A stretch of 52,432 nt of DNA from a virus. Its lineage: Duplodnaviria; Caudoviricetes. The notes under the pieces were generated by a model. The model worked only from the letters and a program-made list of their open reading frames with translations, did no database searches and was not told the DNA's origin. Location: positions 1 through 52,432 of IMG/VR virus record IMGVR_UViG_3300025096_003559; one strand, written 5' to 3'. Every line of letters starts with the position of its first letter. Position 1 is the first letter of the stretch. Shown here piece after piece: positions 1 through 8,461 of this stretch. Both the position numbers and the translations under genes were made by a program.

Positions 1-527
1 ACAAGTGCCAACGAGAAGCTGCCTTTTTTAACTTCGTCTTTGCCAAGAAGACGAGCAAAATTGATAAAAAACACTTCTCGCATTTTTCCAGACTCGCCCG
101 AGCCACCGGACTGGGTGCCACCAAGATTTCCATCCATATCAAAATCTTGGATGTTTCCATTTTCATCATAGCCCATGAGTACTTGAGCCATTTGAGTATA
201 GATATTAATTTTCTTTGCACGCTGATCGGATCCCTTAGAGGTAGCATAGGTTTGTCCGCCAACCGCACCTGCTCCACCTGCGACTTCGCTACCCGACAGA
301 CCTGAATTGTCTGAATAGCCGGTTGCAAGGTCAAAAATGTGGTTTGCGGAAGAACTTAAATAAGGATAATCAAAAACGCTTGTAAACATTCCATGAGAAT
401 ATGTTTTAATGTTCTCGTCAGCATATGTCCCAGAGGCGATTGTTCCAGTTAGCGGGATTGCTTCGTGAAGGATCGTCCTTGTATTTGTAATGTCGTTTGC
501 AGTTAATGTTTTAAAAGTGGTTGCCAT
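1..527 (-). CDS. Hypothetical virion-associated protein, 5' part only (runs off the window; not in the supplied ORF track)
   Basis: ATG at 527 preceded by AGGA. Manual translation gives MATTFKTLTANDITNTRTILHEAIPLTGTIASGTYADENIKTYSHGMFTSVFDYPYLSSSANHIFDLATGYS..., co-oriented with the structural genes. Confidence 0.75.
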   Translation of the reverse strand, partial: MATTFKTLTANDITNTRTILHEAIPLTGTIASGTYADENIKTYSHGMFTSVFDYPYLSSSANHIFDLATGYSDNSGLSGSEVAGGAGAVGGQTYATSKGSDQRAKKINIYTQMAQVLMGYDENGNIQDFDMDGNLGGTQSGGSGESGKMREVFFINFARLLGKDEVKKGSFSLAL

Positions 528-546
528 GTTTAAGTCCTATTGTGCT

Positions 547-1482
547 TTATATGTTCTTCACGTATCTAATGGGAAGATCGACCCTGTATCCTGTGGTGGC
601 TCCTGTAATCCGAATGGTGGTGTCGATGTGGTAAGTTCCGTCAGTATTTGATGTTATGGAATCAGCGAGGGCTTTTGTGCCTCCAATTTGCGTAAACAAA
701 TATGTGCTAGAGGCTAAATCAGTGGAGGCTCCGACAAGAAACTGGAGTCTCTCGCCACTTGGACCAGAAATGACTTCGCGGCTCATGTTTGTTCCACCGT
801 GGCCCAGATGAAAAAAGTTTGAATTTGTGGTGGTCGAAAGATAATAAGATGCAATATTGTCATCATCTATAAAGGAAGCAACTGCTGCCACTCCATCTAC
901 ATCGGTGAGATATCCAAGTCGATTATCCATTTCAATAATATATTGTGTTTCCCACAAGTCTGCATCCAAGGCAACGTCGTTTCCGTTTCCAAGAGCATTA
1001 CTTGCGATGCCCTGGTCAAAAGTTATAGAGTTTACCTGACCTGCTTGGGTTAAATAATAGCTTTGTATAACGTTCGTACCGCCATCGGCAGCGCTCTCGT
1101 TTTGCCAGTCATTGGCTGTGGCTTCATCCACCAGAATGGTTACAACGCCATTGACGCCGTTGGCAGCTATCCCCTTCGTTGTATTCTGTTTGATTTCGGG
1201 AAGATATAATAGATTTGTTCTTGATATCGAAAGAAGCTTTGACTTCAGTATAGATGTGTTGTTTGTAAAAGCTTCAAGCACTGGCGTTTGCAAAATTGCT
1301 ACATCATAATAGGCAGAGCCACTTGCGTGATTCTTGTCATACAGTGCATAGTTAATTTCATCGTCGCCAAGGGCAAATTTTGTAATATTGAATGAGCCAT
1401 CGCCCTTTGCCAGTCTCATTCTTCCCGTGTCTGTTAACACTGCGTCGAGTATAATATCACCCGAGTTGTCAAGAAACGCCAT
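547..1482 (-). CDS. Putative baseplate/tail-fibre attachment structural protein (N-terminus resembles P2 gpH/DUF3751-type tail-collar motif)
   Basis: 311 aa; N-terminal ILDAVLTDTGRMRLAKG...ITKFALGDDEINY; GGAG SD upstream; structural gene context. Confidence 0.55.
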   Translation of the reverse strand: MAFLDNSGDIILDAVLTDTGRMRLAKGDGSFNITKFALGDDEINYALYDKNHASGSAYYDVAILQTPVLEAFTNNTSILKSKLLSISRTNLLYLPEIKQNTTKGIAANGVNGVVTILVDEATANDWQNESAADGGTNVIQSYYLTQAGQVNSITFDQGIASNALGNGNDVALDADLWETQYIIEMDNRLGYLTDVDGVAAVASFIDDDNIASYYLSTTTNSNFFHLGHGGTNMSREVISGPSGERLQFLVGASTDLASSTYLFTQIGGTKALADSITSNTDGTYHIDTTIRITGATTGYRVDLPIRYVKNI

Positions 1483-1504
1483 TTATATATTCTCCGTATA
1501 GTGG

Positions 1505-1512
1505 TAATTAGT
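1505..1512 (-). promoter_or_regulatory. Candidate late-promoter motif ACTAATTA
   Basis: 22 nt upstream of the ATG at 1482; one copy of a recurring (C/A)TA-N-TTA motif. Confidence 0.5.
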
Positions 1513-1560
1513 ATTTGATTAGATTAAAATGCCAAAATTTTAGGTATTAACATTTCATAA

Positions 1561-4245
1561 TTAAGTTGGCTGAGTGCCCCTATTAAATTGAACTTTGCAT
1601 GTAAGATTTAAATCGAACTTCCTTCCAGAATTTTTAGATGTCACTCGTATTTTAAATTTCCGTTGGTTTGTAGCAGATGACCATACCGATCCTTCTGCTT
1701 GTTGCCCCAGGACCATGGTTCCGGCATCGTAAGCAGTAGCATCAGGGGTAGATGTATTCGCGAAAGTGTCTTCATAATTAATTAGCGATTGTATAAAATT
1801 CGGATTAATTTTTAAATATCTTTTTAAACTTCGGGTGGAGCTTACATTATTGTTATTGTTAAGAGGGTCATTAAGATTGTAAATGCTTGTATAGAAAAAC
1901 ATCATACCATCAAATTCTACTATTTCAACTTGATATATTTCAGTTGGGTTAGAACGATTTTGATGTACGTCAACTGCTCTAAACGTATAGTAATATTTTT
2001 GGTTAGGCGATATGTTATCAACATAAGATATAGCCGTAGCATTTTGAGAAACTTCTACTGTGAGAAGGTGTCCAGCAAAATCTTCATATGAGGATGGAGG
2101 AGTATCCATTCTGTATATTTCAAAATGTTGTACTGGATCATCTGATTTGAAGTTAATGGGTTCTCCTGGCAATAGCTGACGTGAGTTTCTAAAATTTCGG
2201 ACAAATATTGCATCTCGCTCATTTATAATAATTGGTTGTAAATCATAGTCTCCAGTATTTGAATTTAAGTTTATTAGAAACTGATCGGAAACACCCTTAT
2301 AGGGAATAAGATCTACATGTGGCCAAACAGGGGCTGCATCGAGAATTCTTGCGGCTTGTTTATATATCGGCAGTCTTGCGATTTTAAGAGACGGCTCGTA
2401 GAAAACAGTAAATTCTTTTTCGTGAACCGCCAGCGCGGGGGCGTATCCCATCGTTGGAATATAGGTTTGCCCAAGAACTCCTTCACGATACTCATATTGG
2501 GTGCCCACAATTAAGTTATGAGCAAATATTTCATAGGTATATTCTTTGTCGTATTTTACTTGTGTATCAATATAATTAAGAACATCAAGTTTGTCTGTGT
2601 TTGGTATGAATATTCTTTGCAGAGGCTCCGCTCCTGTTGTGGGTGATGTTTTAACAATTTCATATATAATAGTTTCGTTATATGCTTCTTTACCCATGAG
2701 CACTTGTTCAAATGTTCTTGAGTGGTCGTTAATAAGTTGTTGAATTTTTCCAGATAAAATAATCGCTTGTAGAGCATCCCTGAAGGCGTTACACTCGTCT
2801 GGTGCGGTGCTTTGATTTTCAGGAATTCCGAGAAAAATCATACTGTCATAGAAAGTAGAGGTTATCTGATATGATGGAGTGGTGGTTAAAAAGTCCTCCA
2901 CCCAGAGCTTGAGGTCCATTAAGGAAATATCTCTTATATCTACTTGTGTTTTAAATGTGGATGTTCCATCAGCGATATTAATAATGATTTTTTCGGTTGA
3001 CAATGCAAACGGTTTTTGAGTTGTAAGCATAGCGCCCCCTGCACTTGGGGTGCCGTTGGTGGCTCTGGCTGTGTAATATGCCTCATTCATAACGGTCTTT
3101 AATAAACTGTCTGTCATGCCTGATAATTCTACGGCATTGAAAAATTCTCCTGTTTTTTCTGTTTGTAATTCTAATGTATTGTTCATTGGGTGAACATCAT
3201 CAAACTCATATCCTTGTTGCAATGATGGAATCTGCGAGCTTGGGAAAGCTATATTATTGAAATGATTGATGTTAGCAGACCATGCAACAACACCGAGCAC
3301 GCTTTGTTCCAATAACGATTGAACATTTCTAACATACTGAGAGCCAATTCCAAGGTCTGCAAGACTGGTTTGCATTTGATTACCGTCTTTGGTCATTATT
3401 GAATATAAATTTGGTAATGCTGCTTCTGGCCATCCCTGAGTCATTGTCGCCCAGATGCTGCCTTCTATCGCATTTTCATATCCTTTTTCAAAAAAATTAT
3501 AATTAGGCTCTACATTTGCGTAAGCAGGGTTATGAACAATGTTTATATATCTTTCTAATTCTTTTTGAGAAAAAGGGATAGTAAAGTCAGTATAGTGATC
3601 GGTGAATACTTTGGTCGTGTCAATAAGGGGAGAATGTCTGAGGGGGGCCATACCATCAACGAATAGTGTCCACATAACGTCTAATTCGGCATCACTATAC
3701 AGACGCCCTTCCTGACCGCTGCCAGCGGAAGCACCGCCAGGATTATTTACAAAATGAGTGCTGCTAACTTTCCAGCTTTGGGCGTATTTCTTGAATAAAG
3801 AATCAGACGCTTGAACTTCGAGTGGGTCTGCCAGGGCAATAAGGGAGAGTGGCGAAGATGTGGCGACGGTCGTGATATTATCAGATTGCCACACGCCATA
3901 CAGATTTTCCCCGAAAGAATCATTAAGGTAAACCATGGTTCCATTATTATCTAATACAAAGAATTTTCTTGCTTCCGCTCTAAGAGGATCCTCAATACCA
4001 CTGGGTCTAGTAGCGGCTATTCGTCCGTTCCCAAATTGCGGGGCTGGCACCCAAGGCGACTCCTCCAGTGGATTAAAAAAAAGTGCATCCTCCACTGCGT
4101 CCAGGGTTTTTCCAAGAGAAGTGGGGCGACTTTCGGTTGTATATCCTCCTCCGCTGGCGGGGGTGAAACCGGCAGATTCGGGAGTGGTTTCGCCGGTTTC
4201 TACGAGAACTCCTTCTATAATTTCTTCGCATTTCTTAATTGCCAT
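1561..4245 (-). CDS. Large hypothetical virion protein with two C-terminal FN3/Ig-like repeats
   Basis: 894 aa; YEIVK...YIDTQVKYDKEYTYEIFA and FEIYR...YVDNISPNQKYYYTFRAVD...SNP fit the FN3 pattern; strong GAGGAGG SD. Confidence 0.6.
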   Translation of the reverse strand: MAIKKCEEIIEGVLVETGETTPESAGFTPASGGGYTTESRPTSLGKTLDAVEDALFFNPLEESPWVPAPQFGNGRIAATRPSGIEDPLRAEARKFFVLDNNGTMVYLNDSFGENLYGVWQSDNITTVATSSPLSLIALADPLEVQASDSLFKKYAQSWKVSSTHFVNNPGGASAGSGQEGRLYSDAELDVMWTLFVDGMAPLRHSPLIDTTKVFTDHYTDFTIPFSQKELERYINIVHNPAYANVEPNYNFFEKGYENAIEGSIWATMTQGWPEAALPNLYSIMTKDGNQMQTSLADLGIGSQYVRNVQSLLEQSVLGVVAWSANINHFNNIAFPSSQIPSLQQGYEFDDVHPMNNTLELQTEKTGEFFNAVELSGMTDSLLKTVMNEAYYTARATNGTPSAGGAMLTTQKPFALSTEKIIINIADGTSTFKTQVDIRDISLMDLKLWVEDFLTTTPSYQITSTFYDSMIFLGIPENQSTAPDECNAFRDALQAIILSGKIQQLINDHSRTFEQVLMGKEAYNETIIYEIVKTSPTTGAEPLQRIFIPNTDKLDVLNYIDTQVKYDKEYTYEIFAHNLIVGTQYEYREGVLGQTYIPTMGYAPALAVHEKEFTVFYEPSLKIARLPIYKQAARILDAAPVWPHVDLIPYKGVSDQFLINLNSNTGDYDLQPIIINERDAIFVRNFRNSRQLLPGEPINFKSDDPVQHFEIYRMDTPPSSYEDFAGHLLTVEVSQNATAISYVDNISPNQKYYYTFRAVDVHQNRSNPTEIYQVEIVEFDGMMFFYTSIYNLNDPLNNNNNVSSTRSLKRYLKINPNFIQSLINYEDTFANTSTPDATAYDAGTMVLGQQAEGSVWSSATNQRKFKIRVTSKNSGRKFDLNLTCKVQFNRGTQPT

Positions 4246-4271
4246 GGTTTAGGATCCTCCTCCCGTGTTCA

Positions 4272-4279
4272 TACATAGT
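4272..4279 (-). promoter_or_regulatory. Candidate late-promoter motif ACTATGTA (one mismatch)
   Basis: 26 nt upstream of the ATG at 4245. Confidence 0.3.
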
Positions 4280-4280
4280 T

Positions 4281-7244
4281 TTAGACAACCAACAAGAAAT
4301 ATGAATTAATTACTTCTACATCTGATCTTCTGGTTTGCCGACAAAGATAATAACCGGTTCCAGTGCTCGAAAGAGAGGCAAGAGATTTTGTCTCAAATCT
4401 CGCTATTCGCATCATTGGTGTACGATAATAAGTGCCGCCCCTGCTCGAATGACGTTCAAATACAAATCCTGTTAAAACATCAACGTTAACGTTGAGTGCT
4501 GGAGATGATTCCCTTCCAGAAGCCACAATTTGTTGTAATAATGAGGCATATACTTCTGGTGGGAGATCTGGCAGTTCTTCGTCGGCTAAGTCTTTTGGTC
4601 CTAATATATCGGAAAGGATATCTGTCGAGTTCTGTTGGAGATACCTGTCCATCGGGGAAAAACTAGGAGCACCGGAGGTGGGGAGTGTTATAGGAAACAC
4701 ATCATATGTAATGCCGAGGTTGCCGAGAAGTTCTGCGGGGGTTCGATTAAGATTAGATTCTGTATCTAAATTAACTTCGGTTTGACTGGAGAGTTGGATT
4801 TGTGAGCGAGTATACGTAGATAAGCTGTTTCCGTGGGGCGCTTGACTAACATTGTCAGCATAGGACTCATTTATAAACCTTGCCCCGATTGTATTGACAA
4901 AATATTCTTTTAGTCCCATTGTTTGAAGCTGAAAGGTGGATGTATTGTTGGACGGGTGATTGGTTAGCGTTGCTTCGATCCCCGCTCCAGGATAGCCTGC
5001 GTCCATTATATTATTAATCTGAGTTGATATTAGCAATAGAAGTTCATTGAACAAGAGGACTCCCTCTATGCCGCCCCAGTAGGGATTGATAAGATCATAT
5101 ATTTTAGCTCCATAATAATTGTATTTGGGTGTCCCGTTGATAGTGTCTGTTAAATCAATGAAATTACCAATCGCACTAAGATAGGCTTCTATTATTGGGA
5201 CAAGCCCTGACCAGTGACCATGTGCCATCACTTCTTGACCATAAACAGTAAATTTTCTACTTTTTACGTCATATACATCAGGTATTTGTGTTAAAGCAAC
5301 ATATTTTTGATATTCCATCATAGCTTGAGAAAGATTCGAAGAAACTGTGTTCATATATGTAACAAATCCATCAATAACTTCAATGTCTATAGAATATTGG
5401 CAAACCCCATCACTTTGTGAATCCATACCTTTATGTTTAAGCCAATCATAGTGAATCGGTGGGACAGAGGGGGAACCTACTGGTGGTGGTGGTGGTACCC
5501 TATGAACCCATTTGTCTGTATCTATCCCGGTAAAAAAACGCAGAGCAACCCCAGCGAAACGCCCCCCTGTTCCTGGTGCTGGCTGATCTTCCAAAATTAA
5601 ATTAATCTCATTTATATTTTCATCATCAAGAGACAATATTACAGGAGTATCAATAGTGGAATGTCCATTATCCAACAAATAATTTTTTACTGGCGAGCCC
5701 AGACTGTTGACTGCTGGTTCCTCTCTAACCTGTCGTCTGCTTACAATAAATCGAGTCATTTGGGAATTATCGACTATCTCTTGTTTAGCCGTATCAGATA
5801 ACTTAGAAATAATATTTGCGTACTTAGAACTTTCAAGACAAAATTTTCCGTAGTCAAATGCGAAAAAAAAGCGTGCATTTTTGTCAGCATCTTTTGTCAC
5901 AAATAATTCAGATAAATATGAATTCGCAGCAAAGGCTTGAGCAAGAATGTCTTGCTGCTCTGGAAATGCTAATAGTTCTGTTCTTAGCGAAGTAAACTGT
6001 GCCGTTAAAACACTAATCTCGTCTCTAATTCGAAAATCTTGGACATTATTTATAGGTATAAATTGTGCCTCTAATTCATGAGTATGTGGACCTACTCCCG
6101 GAAATCCGAAAAGACCTTCACAGCTTGTCGCTGAATACTGAGGGGGTGAGCCGGGACCGGGTGGCTCATAGCACCAACTCTGTGCCGTCTGAACGACGCC
6201 ACCTATGATCTCGTGTCTGTGTTTAATACGTGGCTCTTCCGGGTGCATAGCATACTCTGTCCAGCCGTTTCCATCGGAATTAAGGTCAGCATAATTATGA
6301 TCATGACCCTCATCAACAGTCGTGATGCCCACTGAAGCCAATTTTTTTATTGAAGAAACAACTTGAGAATTCTGAATTACAAGTTCTTGCTCCACTCTGC
6401 CAATAATATTTGTTAAAGATTCGGGGATTTCTAGATTAAAATCGGTTGCCAATGAAACTGTATCAAGTTGCACATATGCAAATATGGTTAAATGCTGTAT
6501 TACATTATAGATCGTAGCATCTAAAGCAAAAGTATAGGGTGCGATCAATTCTATATTACCGTCACTGTTTCTGTATGTGGATGTAATATCATTTAACGTT
6601 TTATATTGAGTATTAAAATCGTGACTTGGACCTCCACCTGCCCAGCCCGGTGGTGGGATTTGGTGCGGCGTTGGCTGTGTGGCAGGAACTTCCCGAAGCA
6701 TCTGTTCAAACTCTTCGGTTTTGTTTGTAGAGGTCGTCATTATGCATCGAACTTGAAAATACTCTTTTAAATTCAAGTTTGAATTGGGAATGAGTGCCTC
6801 TTCTAAAAGAGAGTATGTTCCATTTGCGCTAAGCTGATCAACTAGTTTTAAACTGATGGTTATTTTTGGCGTTTGGAGAACATCGAGCACATTGGGATCT
6901 GGATTTGTATCCATCAAAGATTCTTCCAAGAGAACCCTATCAATATAAACATCGGGAATCATGTTGCCAAATGTAGAACAGGGGCTAGGCGCAGCAAGTG
7001 TGGCTGCGGGTGGTGGTGGAGCGTACCCCGGTATGTATGGGTTTTGACCAGGGGAAGCTTCTACTTCCACGGCAGGCTGGATGGTGGGTTGCGGTGGCTG
7101 ATGCCCTGGTGCTGGTTGTGATTCTGCCCAAGGGGGCGTCTCTACTGGACCTTCTGGCATAGGTGTTGGAGTTGCTGTATCTTCCTCTTCTTGAACAGGC
7201 ATCGGCATCGGCGTCGGCGTAGGGGTTCCATTATGATAGGGCAT
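4281..7244 (-). CDS. Large hypothetical virion protein with Pro-rich N-terminus and internal His-rich (HxH x3) segment
   Basis: 987-aa ORF; TPTPTPMPMP start; GHDH...KHRH...PHTH. Confidence 0.55.
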   Translation of the reverse strand: MPYHNGTPTPTPMPMPVQEEEDTATPTPMPEGPVETPPWAESQPAPGHQPPQPTIQPAVEVEASPGQNPYIPGYAPPPPAATLAAPSPCSTFGNMIPDVYIDRVLLEESLMDTNPDPNVLDVLQTPKITISLKLVDQLSANGTYSLLEEALIPNSNLNLKEYFQVRCIMTTSTNKTEEFEQMLREVPATQPTPHQIPPPGWAGGGPSHDFNTQYKTLNDITSTYRNSDGNIELIAPYTFALDATIYNVIQHLTIFAYVQLDTVSLATDFNLEIPESLTNIIGRVEQELVIQNSQVVSSIKKLASVGITTVDEGHDHNYADLNSDGNGWTEYAMHPEEPRIKHRHEIIGGVVQTAQSWCYEPPGPGSPPQYSATSCEGLFGFPGVGPHTHELEAQFIPINNVQDFRIRDEISVLTAQFTSLRTELLAFPEQQDILAQAFAANSYLSELFVTKDADKNARFFFAFDYGKFCLESSKYANIISKLSDTAKQEIVDNSQMTRFIVSRRQVREEPAVNSLGSPVKNYLLDNGHSTIDTPVILSLDDENINEINLILEDQPAPGTGGRFAGVALRFFTGIDTDKWVHRVPPPPPVGSPSVPPIHYDWLKHKGMDSQSDGVCQYSIDIEVIDGFVTYMNTVSSNLSQAMMEYQKYVALTQIPDVYDVKSRKFTVYGQEVMAHGHWSGLVPIIEAYLSAIGNFIDLTDTINGTPKYNYYGAKIYDLINPYWGGIEGVLLFNELLLLISTQINNIMDAGYPGAGIEATLTNHPSNNTSTFQLQTMGLKEYFVNTIGARFINESYADNVSQAPHGNSLSTYTRSQIQLSSQTEVNLDTESNLNRTPAELLGNLGITYDVFPITLPTSGAPSFSPMDRYLQQNSTDILSDILGPKDLADEELPDLPPEVYASLLQQIVASGRESSPALNVNVDVLTGFVFERHSSRGGTYYRTPMMRIARFETKSLASLSSTGTGYYLCRQTRRSDVEVINSYFLLVV

Positions 7245-7249
7245 ATATC

Positions 7250-8419
7250 TTATTTACTCCCACATTCTTCGTCGTCTGACTTTACTGCATAGGGATCTAG
7301 GAACTGATAATTTGATTTTATATCAGGACATGTGAAGTCCTTTCGTGCAAATCTATATAGATCTTTATCGCCATTTTTAAGTTTATTACAAATGAGAGAT
7401 GCCTCTATCTCATCGTCTGTTTCAAAATCAAAAAAATAGTCAACAAAACTGCTATCTATTTCTGGAATTGGAGATCTTTTCATTTCCTTTTCGTCGTATA
7501 ATATATCATCTATAATAAAATCTGGTTCCACCAAAAATCTAAGCTGTTCTATCTGTCTGACGGTGGTAGTATTGGCAGCACCTTGGACAGTATTGTCGCT
7601 TATCTCATACACTTCTACTTCAAAATTATCATTTGAATATGGTACGTTTTCTTCCATGATCTGAAGTATCAAATCATCGCGATGAATATTAAAAAACGTT
7701 CCGTCGTCAAATACTTTTATATCATAGTTGATGTCATCGAATTCTGTGCCTTCTGCTAATATTTGTTCTAGAATAGATTGGGGTATCCCATCGATATCGC
7801 CTCTGCCGACTGCATCGATCAAATCTTGTGATATATTGAGAGTGCCATCTTTAATGCTAACCCTATATTTAACTTCTATCTCAATTTGAGGGATATTCAA
7901 TATAACTTTAGAACTGTCTAAAGTTAATGTAGATGTAGTACGTGGATGGTCTGTGGTGTTGTCACCAGTTAGTACCTTGCCACTTAACAACATTAAGTTC
8001 CAGGAAGGCATTTTATCGCTGCCAAAATCAGATTGTGCCAGAGGGTTAACTAAAATTTGAGACTTATCGGGTGTTTGTTGCCTGATCATTTGTAGTGATC
8101 GCATTGCATCGGGCGTAGTTGCACCTCCTCCCATTTGGGCGTGATAGGTTGCCTCGGAAGCACGTTGTAAATCATCGTCAATACTGTGAAAATTATGGAA
8201 CGGCTTTGAATTAGGTGTGTTTCCCTGAATCCGGGGTTCAGCGTTATTTTGAATTTCACCCGGCTTATCTTGAAGTCCCATAAAATTGGAATCATAAATG
8301 ATCCCATCATCATAAAATGCATAATAAACAGGCTTAAGCTTACCCAACGATAACAAATATTTGCCATATTGCGTAAGCTGTAAATCGATTACTTCTTCTT
8401 TTTTATTAAAAAATTCCAT
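7250..8419 (-). CDS. Hypothetical structural protein; N-terminus paralogous to the 547-1482 product
   Basis: 389 aa; VIDLQLTQYGKYLLSLG...YYAFYDDGIIY aligns by eye with IILDAVLTDTGRMRLAKG...KFALGDDEINY. Confidence 0.55.
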   Translation of the reverse strand: MEFFNKKEEVIDLQLTQYGKYLLSLGKLKPVYYAFYDDGIIYDSNFMGLQDKPGEIQNNAEPRIQGNTPNSKPFHNFHSIDDDLQRASEATYHAQMGGGATTPDAMRSLQMIRQQTPDKSQILVNPLAQSDFGSDKMPSWNLMLLSGKVLTGDNTTDHPRTTSTLTLDSSKVILNIPQIEIEVKYRVSIKDGTLNISQDLIDAVGRGDIDGIPQSILEQILAEGTEFDDINYDIKVFDDGTFFNIHRDDLILQIMEENVPYSNDNFEVEVYEISDNTVQGAANTTTVRQIEQLRFLVEPDFIIDDILYDEKEMKRSPIPEIDSSFVDYFFDFETDDEIEASLICNKLKNGDKDLYRFARKDFTCPDIKSNYQFLDPYAVKSDDEECGSK

Positions 8420-8437
8420 TAATGTTGATGCCTATAT

Positions 8438-8445
8438 TAAATATC
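8438..8445 (-). promoter_or_regulatory. Candidate late-promoter motif GATATTTA
   Basis: 18 nt upstream of the ATG at 8419; identical 8-mer at 22316-22323. Confidence 0.45.
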
Positions 8446-8461
8446 ATTGTATATTATTTTT

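Noticed and set aside
1527-1551. Weak hairpin (minus strand AATACC...GGCATT followed by a few T) as an intrinsic terminator
   Set aside because: Short AT-rich stem with a mismatch and a poor U-tract; not supportable.
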